From a virus (Duplodnaviria > Caudoviricetes): DNA of 59,244 bases. The stretch is taken from positions 1 through 59,244 of the IMG/VR virus record IMGVR_UViG_3300033067_002000; one strand, written 5' to 3'. The position numbers and the translations under genes are program-made. The notes under the pieces are model-generated. The model searched no databases, was not told where the DNA came from, and saw only the letters and a list, made by a program, of their open reading frames with translations. This document shows, in pieces, positions 45,398 through 54,592 of the stretch (positions are counted from its first letter, which is position 1; every line of letters starts with the position of its first letter).

Positions 45398-45884
45398 CCA
45401 GCGAACGTAACAGCTCCTTCGCGATGACGTAAAGGAACGGGCGCCAGCGCATAGCCCGCCCCGTGTACGCGCGCTCGACCTCTGCGGCAGCCCACGCCGG
45501 CTCAAACGCCGCCTGCCACTTACCTGCAAGCGCCAAATCAAGAGCCGCTCGCCCATAGAGCGCAGCTCGCTTAGCGTCCTGACGAATCCCAAGGAGCATC
45601 ACCACCGCCTCCAGCCAAAGATCCGCGTACGCCGTAAACGTGTCCTTCAGTCCGCCCGAAGAGCGCAGGGCCAACGTCGTCGCAACCTGCTGTGGGTTGA
45701 GTGCACCTTGTTCAATCAGCTGTACGAACCGTAAGGGGACTGCGGCGAGCGTAATCGTGACGGCGTCCTGCTTGAGAACCACAGGCCAGTGCGCCCAGTT
45801 CCAACTGGCTCCCTTCAAATGCGTACGACGCAAGGCTGTGATCAGCCTGCGCTTTAACAAAGGAGTAGAAGGGTCAATCGTCAT
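45330..45884 (-). CDS. Hypothetical protein
   Basis: ORF divergent from the amidase gene; start MTIDP assumed. Confidence 0.5.
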   Translation of the reverse strand: MTIDPSTPLLKRRLITALRRTHLKGASWNWAHWPVVLKQDAVTITLAAVPLRFVQLIEQGALNPQQVATTLALRSSGGLKDTFTAYADLWLEAVVMLLGIRQDAKRAALYGRAALDLALAGKWQAAFEPAWAAAEVERAYTGRAMRWRPFLYVIAKELLRSLDGDTRDPRLRFVAQASAGAARP

Positions 45885-45946
45885 GGCAGTCAATGGTGCT
45901 CTGAGAGCCAAAAAAAGACTATCCAGGGCCGCACCACCATTGGTGC

Positions 45947-46882
45947 ATGAGCATCGTACTCTACGGCAAGAAGATCGACGTCCCCGACACCGCCTGCTGG
46001 CTGGACCCGCCCGAGGTCGTGCGGGCTGTTACAGGGGGTCGCGCGAGCAAGATCCCCAAGAGCAACGAGGGATACAAACGCGACCCGGCCGAAGACTGGA
46101 TGTCCGGTCACGTCACGCACACCAACAATGGCACGGTAAAGGCCCTCGACAAGCAGCCCTTCATCTCATCTGTGATGGACTGGATCTACGCGGCGTACGG
46201 CGTGCGCGAGGATGACAAGTCCTGGTCGCTCTCGAAAGACTTGGATGAAACGGCGATCCAGACCATGGACCCAGGCTACCGGGCACCTTTCCAAGCCGGT
46301 CGGGTGAACGAGTTCACCGACGGCTGGGAGCTGATGCAGACCAAGGACGGCACCCTTACGACCCGGCAGCTCGACGGGTACCTGCGTCTGTGCGACGAGT
46401 GGTCGTACCACTGCGGGATCCCTCGCGTGATCGCGTGGAGGGACGGGGCGCCCTTCTTGGGCATGCTCACGAGGGCGTTGGCGGCGTACGGCTCAGGGAA
46501 GAGCCTGTGTCTCTTCTACGGCCACTGCAACATCTGGAGCCTCAAGAAGGACGGCAAGACACTGACGGCCGTACGCGGACACGGCGACCCCTCGCACCTT
46601 CCATTCATGCGGTTGCACGAAGGCAGCTACATGAGCCTCGACGTTGAGAAGGGTGAGGACCTCGTGATGTGGAAAGACATCCAGTCGTCGTTGGGCTTGC
46701 AGCCGGACGGCATCCCCGGCCCCGACACCCGCGCAGCGCTCATCGCCAGCGGGAAGTACGGGGCCGGAGGCATGCTCGTGGCCCGGCCGCTCGACGAGAC
46801 GCGCGGGACGCCCGCGTGGCTAGCGGCGCGGCCTAAGCGGTGGCGGCAGGAGCGCGGAGTGTGGTCAGAGTCCCAAGCTTGA
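45947..46882 (+). CDS. Endolysin-like: divergent Amidase_2 domain plus peptidoglycan-binding domain
   Basis: THT...GWEL...YGHC...GDP zinc-amidase pattern; QSSLGLQPDGIPGPDT PG_binding_1 motif. Confidence 0.72.
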   Translation: MSIVLYGKKIDVPDTACWLDPPEVVRAVTGGRASKIPKSNEGYKRDPAEDWMSGHVTHTNNGTVKALDKQPFISSVMDWIYAAYGVREDDKSWSLSKDLDETAIQTMDPGYRAPFQAGRVNEFTDGWELMQTKDGTLTTRQLDGYLRLCDEWSYHCGIPRVIAWRDGAPFLGMLTRALAAYGSGKSLCLFYGHCNIWSLKKDGKTLTAVRGHGDPSHLPFMRLHEGSYMSLDVEKGEDLVMWKDIQSSLGLQPDGIPGPDTRAALIASGKYGAGGMLVARPLDETRGTPAWLAARPKRWRQERGVWSESQA

Positions 46883-47326
46883 AAGCGGTACGTCCGCCGA
46901 CCAATCCGGCATCGGCACGTCCCCGGTGCGCTCGTTCCAAAGTGGGCGAACGCCGAACCAGACGTGAGTGGCGTTGAGGGCCACCAGGCTTCCGCCACCT
47001 ACGGGACGTGCCACAGCTTTGAAGAGCTTCTGGATTGGGGTCAGAGCACCGGACAGCGCCCAAACCTGGTAGTGCTTCGTCCGCAACGAGTTGACTTCGT
47101 CCGCACCCAGGTTTGCCAACCACAAAGCCGTTGGGCTAAGCATCAACCCTGCCCCCATTTTCAGAACGATCGAGTCCAACACCCCCACATCGTGGCGAAG
47201 CTCGTCGAACTTCTGCGCGGCGGTCCTCCAGGTTTTCACCTCGGCCTCAAGCGCGTGATAGATGAAAAACGGCGACTCGCCCCACGGGGGCGTGGGAGCC
47301 ATACGAACGACGATCAAAAAGTCCAT
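46865..47326 (-). CDS. Hypothetical protein
   Basis: AGGAGGT SD; convergent overlap with the amidase gene. Confidence 0.65.
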   Translation of the reverse strand: MDFLIVVRMAPTPPWGESPFFIYHALEAEVKTWRTAAQKFDELRHDVGVLDSIVLKMGAGLMLSPTALWLANLGADEVNSLRTKHYQVWALSGALTPIQKLFKAVARPVGGGSLVALNATHVWFGVRPLWNERTGDVPMPDWSADVPLSSLGL

Positions 47327-47374
47327 CAGTACCTCCTATGAGCCCTTTGAAGCGCTCATAGCTTGTACCGTGAA

Positions 47375-47611
47375 CTACCGATGCTTTCGCGACGCGTGCG
47401 GCTTCATGTCGACGGTGTCAGCCTCGCACGTGGGCTTGACTTCGGGCGGCGTCTCGACCGGCAACACCGTTTCATTCGGCACCGGCGGCGCTTTGTCCCA
47501 CGCGCCCGGGAACACGACCGGCAGCACCTTGTCCGCCAAGGCCGCCGGGACGGACAGCGCCGATGGTACGACGTAAACGACCTGATTGATCACGATGGCT
47601 TTGAACGACAT
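47375..47611 (-). CDS. Hypothetical protein (78 aa)
   Basis: TAAGAT-N6-ATG start. Confidence 0.55.
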   Translation of the reverse strand: MSFKAIVINQVVYVVPSALSVPAALADKVLPVVFPGAWDKAPPVPNETVLPVETPPEVKPTCEADTVDMKPHASRKHR

Positions 47612-47628
47612 GCCATTATCTTAGGCTC
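47612..47628. promoter_or_regulatory. Overlapping divergent -10 boxes (TATCTT plus strand, TAAGAT minus strand), each 6 nt from an ATG
   Basis: cat-gccattatcttaggctc-atg; only 17 bp separate the two start codons. Confidence 0.6.
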
Positions 47629-48009
47629 ATGCCCACGATCAAGCTCACAGGCAACGCCCTCGTACAACTGATGGACGGCGCCACGCCGCAACCGGTTCCG
47701 GTCGCTTTTGATGCGGTCTACACCGAAAAGCTGCTCGCGGGGATCAACTACACCTCCGCCCAAACCAATCTGGCGATCGGTCCAGGCTCGGTGACCAACC
47801 CGCGCATCGTGATGGTCTTCATCTACGAAGGTACGATGTCGCTCTCATGGGGCGTCGACGGGGCCAATCCGACAGTGCTGTCGGCCAATCCGACGCCTCC
47901 GCCGACGGACCGGCCCGTGCTGGTCATGTTCCGCTACAACGCGCCCGCAAGCACGCTCTACTTGACGACGACGGGTCCAGTGCGCGGCGAGATCTGGCTC
48001 TTCGAGTAA
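47629..48009 (+). CDS. Small beta-rich protein, possibly structural
   Basis: Clean ORF with coding-like codon usage. Confidence 0.6.
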   Translation: MPTIKLTGNALVQLMDGATPQPVPVAFDAVYTEKLLAGINYTSAQTNLAIGPGSVTNPRIVMVFIYEGTMSLSWGVDGANPTVLSANPTPPPTDRPVLVMFRYNAPASTLYLTTTGPVRGEIWLFE

Positions 48010-48572
48010 GTCGCGGTCTCCCAGCACTCACGGCACAGCGGCTTGTACGTCTCCTCCGCCCCTACCAAAATCTGCTGCACGCCTTTCGACACTGCGTGGC
48101 GAAAGGTCATGGTGCCCTTCTCGCTCTTGCACTCGCTACAGATCGCCGTGAGCTTGGTGACCGAGTCTGCGTGGGCCATGAGCGCGGGCATGGGCCCAAA
48201 CGGACGGCCCATGTAATCCCGGTCGAGCCCGGCCGCGAGCACGGAGATTCCGCGCCGAAGCAGTTCCTGCACTTCCCCCACCACATTGTCACCAAAGAAC
48301 TGTGCTTCTTCGAGGGCGACAAAGCGCGTGTGAGGTCGTGCCCGCTTGGCGAAGGGCTCCCCCGGCGGCGTAATACACACCACGCCGTGGTAGCCCATCT
48401 TCGTTTCCGCGTGCGACGTGAGCTCCTCCAGCGATCGGCGCGTGTCAGTCGACGGACGGAACACCTGCACGCCTTGACCCGCGTGGTAAGCTCGGCGCAC
48501 ACGCGCGATAATCGTCTCCGTCTTGCCGGCCCACATAGGGCCGCAGACGACGTCGAAGCGACCCATGGTCAT
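47958..48572 (-). CDS. tdk: Thymidine kinase (type II)
   Basis: GPMWAGKT, EEAQFF, GLDRDYMGRPF, CSEC...YKPLCREC. Confidence 0.93.
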   Translation of the reverse strand: MTMGRFDVVCGPMWAGKTETIIARVRRAYHAGQGVQVFRPSTDTRRSLEELTSHAETKMGYHGVVCITPPGEPFAKRARPHTRFVALEEAQFFGDNVVGEVQELLRRGISVLAAGLDRDYMGRPFGPMPALMAHADSVTKLTAICSECKSEKGTMTFRHAVSKGVQQILVGAEETYKPLCRECWETATYSKSQISPRTGPVVVK

Positions 48573-49051
48573 TCAATCACAGCCGATGTGAGGTCGCTGC
48601 GAAGGCCACCCTCAAAGCGGTGGGCCTTCGTCTCCCTCGGTACGACGTACACGTCGCAGGGCGCGTCCGCCATCACATTGCGTCGGTCCTCGAAGCTGAG
48701 CTTGCCGTACGTCTTGTCGAGACGATACCACATATCCATCAGCGAGAGCAGCTCATCCTTGTTGGCGTTGGTGATGTCGTTGACCCACCAATAACGCGAG
48801 CCGCTGTACGGATGTGCGACACACGCCATCTGCTCGTCGGTTACATCCCGAAAGATGCTCTTCGATTCCCAGCTGGTTCGATGTGTGTCGTACGGTCCAG
48901 GCTGTCTCAGCCATTCGAGACACACGAAGGCGGTCTCGATCGCCAGAATCCGGACAGGGGAACCCTCGTTCAGTCCGATGTTGCCGTCATCGTCTTGAGC
49001 CTCTACGGCGTAAACGGTGTAATAGTCCCCAACCTTCAGCTCGACACCCAT
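48569..49051 (-). CDS. Hypothetical protein
   Basis: AGGAGG SD; ATGA coupling to tdk. Confidence 0.65.
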   Translation of the reverse strand: MGVELKVGDYYTVYAVEAQDDDGNIGLNEGSPVRILAIETAFVCLEWLRQPGPYDTHRTSWESKSIFRDVTDEQMACVAHPYSGSRYWWVNDITNANKDELLSLMDMWYRLDKTYGKLSFEDRRNVMADAPCDVYVVPRETKAHRFEGGLRSDLTSAVIE

Positions 49052-49066
49052 GCGCTCCTCCTGGCT

Positions 49067-49462
49067 TCAACCCTGGAGGGAGTTGTATATGCCAGGTTCG
49101 GGCATGAGGGAAGACACCGCACGATCGTCTTGAGCATTGGTAATGAATGCCTGATTCACGTCCGACTTGATCCGCTGCTCTTCCATCTTCGGATCAGTGG
49201 CGCGCGCTTTCACAGGGTCGCCCGAGAGCATATCCAAGAGCGCGAGGCCGCCTTCGGCAAGCTTGCCTCCAGCCATCTGCTCCTGAAGGATCGGATGCAC
49301 GACCGACAGTGCCGGGTACCGCTGGCGATCCTTCTCAGCCTGCTCGGCCTTGTAGCGCTCGTACGACGCCATCATCGCGGGGAACCCCTGCGACGCGAAG
49401 AACATCGAGCCGAGCTTGTAGCGCTCCAGGACACGACGAACACCAGGGTTCCTGGGATTCAT
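49067..49462 (-). CDS. Small protein with GVRRVLERYKLG leader
   Basis: TGATG coupling; leader resembles the KxA/G motif family. Confidence 0.65.
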   Translation of the reverse strand: MNPRNPGVRRVLERYKLGSMFFASQGFPAMMASYERYKAEQAEKDRQRYPALSVVHPILQEQMAGGKLAEGGLALLDMLSGDPVKARATDPKMEEQRIKSDVNQAFITNAQDDRAVSSLMPEPGIYNSLQG

Positions 49463-50106
49463 CAGAACGACGCCGTACCTTCCAAGGGCGCTTGCGCTTG
49501 GCCGCTCTCTTCGCCCACCGATGCCGCAGATGAATCAACAGCTCGCAGCGCGGCGCTCAAGTGCTGGTCGATCGCACCTTCATCGGGGATGGTGTTCTTG
49601 TCGGCGGTGTTGAACCCGAGGATGTTGCCTCGAATGAGCTTCTCGATCTCGGCGGCCTTGAGGCCCGAGAGCTTGTAGCGGGCCAAGACCTCGCGGGTAC
49701 CTTCAGGGATCGACGCTTCCTTGCTCACGTAACGCTCCTTCTTCTTGGGCTCGAACTTCCCGAGCGCGCCCTTGAGGTGATCCATGTCGCGGAAAATTCT
49801 TCGCGCGTGCACTTCCGGTCCGTAGAGCTTGTAGATGATCTCGCGATCCCGGTCCGACACGCCGACGAGGAACTTGGTCTCGTCGAGACTCTTGAGGTCT
49901 GACGTGAGCTTCTGGAAGCACTCGTAGTGCCCGTTGGGGTCGTCGCCGACGAAGGCATCGAGACCCTCGTTGTCCTCACCCTTCAGGCGCGGGAAGTATC
50001 CGTAGTCGCACGGGTACTGAAACGACTTGCCGCCGGGCCACTTCTTCACGTAGCCCTTCGGCCGATCGATGATGAAGCGGGTGTCTTGGAAGATCTTTGT
50101 TGCCAT
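49462..50106 (-). CDS. Inorganic-pyrophosphatase-like (phage InPase) domain protein with KxA-delimited C-terminal module
   Basis: DRPKG...YPCDYGY...GEDNEGLDAFVG...DETK; then SKEAS and RYKLS. Confidence 0.75.
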   Translation of the reverse strand: MATKIFQDTRFIIDRPKGYVKKWPGGKSFQYPCDYGYFPRLKGEDNEGLDAFVGDDPNGHYECFQKLTSDLKSLDETKFLVGVSDRDREIIYKLYGPEVHARRIFRDMDHLKGALGKFEPKKKERYVSKEASIPEGTREVLARYKLSGLKAAEIEKLIRGNILGFNTADKNTIPDEGAIDQHLSAALRAVDSSAASVGEESGQAQAPLEGTASF

Positions 50107-50131
50107 GGACGCCAGCCTCTATGTTATGGGG

Positions 50132-51319
50132 ATGACTCGTGCTGAACGCGCTGCCGCTGCTTTCATCAAGCAGGCGGCACAACAAGTCCCGATCGAGGAA
50201 GAGGAGTCCCACACCGGACGCAACCTCGCCATGGTAGGTGTCGCCACTGCGCCCATGCTTGGTGCGATCGGACAGAAGCCGGTTCTCCACGATCCGCACA
50301 TGAACCCGAACGTCAATCGGTTCAAGAACCTGCGCGAGCTCGAACGCCAGGCGCGACCCGGCGACGTGCTGCTCACCAGCAAGCCCAAGGGCAGCTTCTG
50401 GAAGTCGTGGATCAAGCCACTCTCGGGGTCGGAGTTCTACCACGCGCAACCTATCACCGGACGGCGCAAGGGCCTCGGCACCACCATGACCGCCGGGCAG
50501 TACAACGAGCCTGACTGGCACGAAGGAACGCGCGCGCAAGGCATCAAGGACATGGCGAGCCACGCGGGCACCATCGGCACCGAGATGCGCGGCAACGCGT
50601 ACGATGATGTGCTCTTGCTGCGTCCGAAAGCAGGACTTACCCCGGAGCAGAAGAAGAGATTCGTCGAAGATGCGATGCTTCGCTCACGCGAGAAGTACGA
50701 CACGCCGAAAGGCGTCACCGCGTGGCTCAAGGACATCTTCGTCCCCAAGATGAAGGGACTGGAGAACGTCCCGAACGCTCCGCTCTGCGAAGGCGGCGTG
50801 TGCTCGACCGTGAGTGCCATGGCGCACAACGCCGCCGGCGTGCCCCTCCAGGTGGGCAAGGCCGCCAAGGACATCATGCCGGGGGACTACCTCCGCTCGG
50901 AGGCGTTCAAGCCTGTTGGCGTGCACATGAAGAACGACTACACACACTCTTCGCAGCTTCGCCGCGCGATGCCCTACCTGGCGCGCGGAGCCCTCGGGCT
51001 TGCGGGCGCGGGCGCGATCTACGCAGGCACCAAGGACCCCGCGTCGCTGGCCGTCGTCCCCGGTGTCGCAGCGGGTGGCGCTCTCGGGGCGCGGCTCGGT
51101 CAGAAGCTCTTCGGCCACAAGGAGCTCGCTCCCGGGCTCATGAACGCGTGGATCCAGTACGGCGACAAGGGTCCCAAGGGCAAGGCCCGCCTGATCAAGC
51201 AGCTGCTTCAAGGTCGCGTGCCGGGGATGGCGCTCGGCGGGCTCGCGAGCTACCTGGCTGCGCAGAAGCTGCGTGACAAACTGCGAGGGCAAGCGCCCGA
51301 CGAAGCTCCGCTGCGCTAA
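50132..51319 (+). CDS. Permuted papain-like amidase (YiiX/YebB-like NlpC/P60) with KQAA leader and Gly-zipper helices
   Basis: RPGDVLL, FYHA, LLRP, KYD, VCST with His before Cys; TATGTT-N6-ATG start. Confidence 0.72.
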   Translation: MTRAERAAAAFIKQAAQQVPIEEEESHTGRNLAMVGVATAPMLGAIGQKPVLHDPHMNPNVNRFKNLRELERQARPGDVLLTSKPKGSFWKSWIKPLSGSEFYHAQPITGRRKGLGTTMTAGQYNEPDWHEGTRAQGIKDMASHAGTIGTEMRGNAYDDVLLLRPKAGLTPEQKKRFVEDAMLRSREKYDTPKGVTAWLKDIFVPKMKGLENVPNAPLCEGGVCSTVSAMAHNAAGVPLQVGKAAKDIMPGDYLRSEAFKPVGVHMKNDYTHSSQLRRAMPYLARGALGLAGAGAIYAGTKDPASLAVVPGVAAGGALGARLGQKLFGHKELAPGLMNAWIQYGDKGPKGKARLIKQLLQGRVPGMALGGLASYLAAQKLRDKLRGQAPDEAPLR

Positions 51320-51674
51320 GAGTGGAACGCCTTTCAGCCCGCACCGCCGCCCTCTCGTACTTGTTCTTGCAGTACCCCACGCGCCAGGACTCCCATAGGT
51401 AGTCGAGCCACATCCTCACGCCGCCGAGCACGTACTGATCGACGTGCTTGAGCTCGTGTCGCACGTTCGCGAGCGTCACCTCGGCGTAAGAGCGGAAGTA
51501 CATCTCCAGGCCGCGCGCGAACGCGAGGCAGTCAGAGAACTCACGTTCCCGAACGTGCTCATTCTTCGCCACGTACATAGGGACACCGCGTACGTGGCCG
51601 ATGAGCTTGAAGTCGCCGCGACGCCGCATCCACTTGTTCGAGATTCGAGAGACTACTTCGCTGATGCCGTCCAT
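51195..51674 (-). CDS. HExxH zinc-metallopeptidase-like protein (DUF4157-like)
   Basis: RHELKHVDQY...GYCKNKYERAA; TACTTT-N6-ATG start. Confidence 0.65.
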   Translation of the reverse strand: MDGISEVVSRISNKWMRRRGDFKLIGHVRGVPMYVAKNEHVREREFSDCLAFARGLEMYFRSYAEVTLANVRHELKHVDQYVLGGVRMWLDYLWESWRVGYCKNKYERAAVRAERRSTLSAAELRRALALAVCHAASAQPGSSRARRAPSPARDLEAAA

Positions 51675-51712
51675 GTTTGAAAAGTACCCTACGGTACTAA
51701 TCTTGTCTAGGA

Positions 51713-52204
51713 TCAGGCGTAGCGGCTTCGCGTTGTCGACAAGTACCCCGAGCTGAGTCCGCCCCACGCTGCGCGCATGTTTCGCTCGGTCTTGATCGCG
51801 CGCACTGCTGTCTTGAACTCTTCGCGCATCCAACCCGCCCACTGCTGATAGAGGGCCTGCTTGTCGTCGATGCCGATGGGCTGCACGTTGCCATCCTGCG
51901 TGGTTGCTTGGTTGCGCAGCTGACGCATGCCTTCCGACGTGAGCAAGTGCGCAGCAGCACCGTACAGAAGCACCACCTCAGGGACGCCGTCTTGCGGAAG
52001 GTTCGTGATTGGCGTGGTCGCGTTGTACCAAGCCAACGCCAAGCCGATCGCTGCGTCCACGTCGTCGTCCGAGAACTCGACATTGTCGAGCAGGATGTTG
52101 ATGACCCCTGTGTTCGGTACGTCGCCCGGATAGTCGCGCATGAAGCGGCGGATCGCATCGCGTCGCGGGATCGAGCTGGTGACGGGAAGGCCGATAACAG
52201 GCAT
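51713..52204 (-). CDS. Putative head-tail adaptor/neck protein
   Basis: RRFMRD...EFSDDDV...LLYGAAAHLL...QLRNQ...DG helical adaptor-like pattern; GAGGAG SD. Confidence 0.55.
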   Translation of the reverse strand: MPVIGLPVTSSIPRRDAIRRFMRDYPGDVPNTGVINILLDNVEFSDDDVDAAIGLALAWYNATTPITNLPQDGVPEVVLLYGAAAHLLTSEGMRQLRNQATTQDGNVQPIGIDDKQALYQQWAGWMREEFKTAVRAIKTERNMRAAWGGLSSGYLSTTRSRYA

Positions 52205-52207
52205 TGG

Positions 52208-52693
52208 TTACTCCTCGTACATCGGGATGGACTCGGGCTTCGGTGCCATCAGGTGCTTCGCGCCTGCGTAGAGCGCTCCGCCCGTTGCGGCGCCCGCGAG
52301 CGCCCTGAGCGCCACACCCTTGAAGAGGGCGTTACGCGAGGCAGTCGCCGCGCTCATTAAGGGCTTGGCGGCTCGCAACGCTTGATCCTGCGCATGCCCC
52401 GCAAGACGCCGATCCCGGAGCCACGTTTCCATCAGATCCGCAACCCCCGCCAGCTTATCGATCTCCATGTTCCGGACATTGAGCTTTGGCTTCTTCAGCT
52501 TGGCGTCGACCAGCGCATCCAACACCGCAGCTTGCTTGGCCCCTGGCGTCGCCGAGGGTGGGGGTGCACTGGATGTCGGCGCAACGCTGGGTGCAGGCGG
52601 AGCCGCCGGGGCTCCGGGCCCGCAGCGTGGCAACGTCGGGCGCCCTGCGGGGGACGTCGGGTAGCCTGCGACCTCATCAGAAAGCTTCAACAT
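52208..52693 (-). CDS. KxA protein with C-terminal Gly-zipper helix
   Basis: KLS, KQAA and DKLAG sites; ALAGAATGGALYAG. Confidence 0.65.
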   Translation of the reverse strand: MLKLSDEVAGYPTSPAGRPTLPRCGPGAPAAPPAPSVAPTSSAPPPSATPGAKQAAVLDALVDAKLKKPKLNVRNMEIDKLAGVADLMETWLRDRRLAGHAQDQALRAAKPLMSAATASRNALFKGVALRALAGAATGGALYAGAKHLMAPKPESIPMYEE

Positions 52694-52702
52694 GTCGAAA
52701 CC

Positions 52703-53503
52703 TCAGTAGGGAAATTCACCCGCGCGACCTACGTCGAGGGAGATGAAGCCGTCAATCGGAGCAGATGTGATCACGAGCAGCCCCTGGCCTGGATGGAGCA
52801 GCTGTTGCACATCCGTGTACGCGATGTCGTAGGCGTCATCGGTCGTGGTCAGCCCCGAGTAGACCCACCAGTTCACCGCTTCTGCGAGAATCGGGGTGTA
52901 GTCCGCGTTGAGTCGAACACGTTGAAGCTTGAGCGTGTACGGCCCGGCGCCTGGCAAGGAGAAACGCGCCGCGAGGCCCTTGATGTACAGGGGTACTGTG
53001 TGTTCGAAGTGGAAGAAGCCGGCGTTCTGCGCCGCAGGCATCGTCCACAGGTACTGCGTCCCGTCGACCAGAGGGTTTGCGCCGCCAGTCATGGCGGTAG
53101 CGGCCACGGCGGACGCCAGCCCCGTACCGTTGCCGCCCGCCCGTGCCCGCACGGCGAAGGCCAAGCCCGTGTACGCGGTAAAATTATTGATCGCGGCGAC
53201 CACTTCCGCTGCGTTGGCGAGGACGGCCCCGGCACTACGGCGCAAGATGACGCGAATCGCCGAGCCGACTTGCTGGACGAGGGTGCTGCTGACGACGGCG
53301 CCGGCCCCGGCGTTGACGAGCTCTACGGTGATGGCGTTGGACGCCGTCCCATAGAGCTGCGATGCCACATAGATCATGCCGTTCGGACCCGAACCTGGAT
53401 CGAGCGTCACGCGAGCGCGGCCGTACTCCGTGCCGTTGAGAGCGCCGCCGCCTGAAACGGCTTGCTGTACGAGAAACTTGGTGCCGATGTTGGCGGGGTA
53501 CAT
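52703..53503 (-). CDS. Virion structural protein, paralog of 55191..55976
   Basis: Full-length similarity by eye; sheath-insertion-like domain. Confidence 0.7.
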   Translation of the reverse strand: MYPANIGTKFLVQQAVSGGGALNGTEYGRARVTLDPGSGPNGMIYVASQLYGTASNAITVELVNAGAGAVVSSTLVQQVGSAIRVILRRSAGAVLANAAEVVAAINNFTAYTGLAFAVRARAGGNGTGLASAVAATAMTGGANPLVDGTQYLWTMPAAQNAGFFHFEHTVPLYIKGLAARFSLPGAGPYTLKLQRVRLNADYTPILAEAVNWWVYSGLTTTDDAYDIAYTDVQQLLHPGQGLLVITSAPIDGFISLDVGRAGEFPY

Positions 53504-53524
53504 CGGTGAAAGAGTAGTTGTGAG

Positions 53525-54100
53525 CTACCGCTTGGTTCCGTCAGGCTTCTGCGCGGGCAAGCTCGACGAGCTCTCGGAACTCGGACGACGCAAGAGCCCG
53601 TCGATGTTGCCCAGACGCTCCATCAACTTTTGGTTGAACTGGCGCATCTGATCGTCGCGCGTCTCCATGCTCAACGAGAGCTTTGCGAGCTCTTGGCGGA
53701 TGCCCGCGACAGTGCTCGTAAAGTCGCGTTCAACGGCGTCAATCTTTTGCGTGATGTCCTTGTGGATGACGCCGTCGTTGCGCTGAACCTCGTTGTCGAT
53801 GACATCACGAACGAAGCGCTTTCGTTCCTCGATTGTCGCGGGGTCGTTGTACCAAGCGAGTACGCCGTCCTTGATCTCCTGCTTACGTGCCGTCACGTAC
53901 TCGTGCTCGGTGAGCGTAGCCACGAGAATGCCCTGGATGGCCGGCTTGCCGGTTTTCTCCCAGAAGCCACGCACGAGAAGCATCATCAACCCCCACAAAA
54001 CACCGGTGGCGACCATAAGTGCCGCCACCCAGCCGCCTACCGCTTGCACGGAGAGGTCTTTCACGATGTCGGCCACCAACAGCGACAGTTTCGGGTGCAT
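53525..54100 (-). CDS. Membrane protein (N-terminal TM plus coiled coil), possibly lysis-related
   Basis: Hydrophobic WVAALMVATGVLWGLMMLLV; TACTGT-N6-ATG start. Confidence 0.6.
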   Translation of the reverse strand: MHPKLSLLVADIVKDLSVQAVGGWVAALMVATGVLWGLMMLLVRGFWEKTGKPAIQGILVATLTEHEYVTARKQEIKDGVLAWYNDPATIEERKRFVRDVIDNEVQRNDGVIHKDITQKIDAVERDFTSTVAGIRQELAKLSLSMETRDDQMRQFNQKLMERLGNIDGLLRRPSSESSSSLPAQKPDGTKR

Positions 54101-54136
54101 GGCGGAACAGTAAGAGGTGGTGATAGGGTCGGGTGC

Positions 54137-54592
54137 ATGAACAATTCTGAAGACACCCACATCCAGCCTCTTCATGCCCAGAACGGAGTTTTCTTCCTGG
54201 GCGGAGCGGAATTCAACGCCAATGCATCCCAGACCGTGCTCGGGCTCGTCTCGGGCATCAAAACGCGCGTGGTCGGCCAACCGAACTGCATCGAGCTTCG
54301 CGGCATTATCGCACGGGGCGGCAGCTTGTCACGCGTTATGACCGAGCTGATGCACAAGCACGCACTGGTGTGCCGGGTGGAAGGGTCTCCAGCAATGTCA
54401 GGTCTGGGCTGGACGCTCAAGGATGAGAAGGGTTGGGTTTTTGGTCGCTACTACAAGGACATCGTGATCGTGAGTGTGTCTGAGGAGGCTCGCGTCGATT
54501 GCCCGATTGTCGAAGAAGTGCTGATCATCCAGTACCAGACGAAGGTGGACATCTCCGCGAAGCTGGAGGCGTCGGTGATCACTCGCGTGTGA
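54137..54592 (+). CDS. Hypothetical protein
   Basis: TAGGGT-N7-ATG start (MNNSED). Confidence 0.55.
   Translation: MNNSEDTHIQPLHAQNGVFFLGGAEFNANASQTVLGLVSGIKTRVVGQPNCIELRGIIARGGSLSRVMTELMHKHALVCRVEGSPAMSGLGWTLKDEKGWVFGRYYKDIVIVSVSEEARVDCPIVEEVLIIQYQTKVDISAKLEASVITRV

Noticed and set aside
54091-54139. 11-bp direct repeat TCGGGTGCATG covering both divergent start codons
   Set aside because: Short, partly forced by the CATG starts, and plausibly chance.
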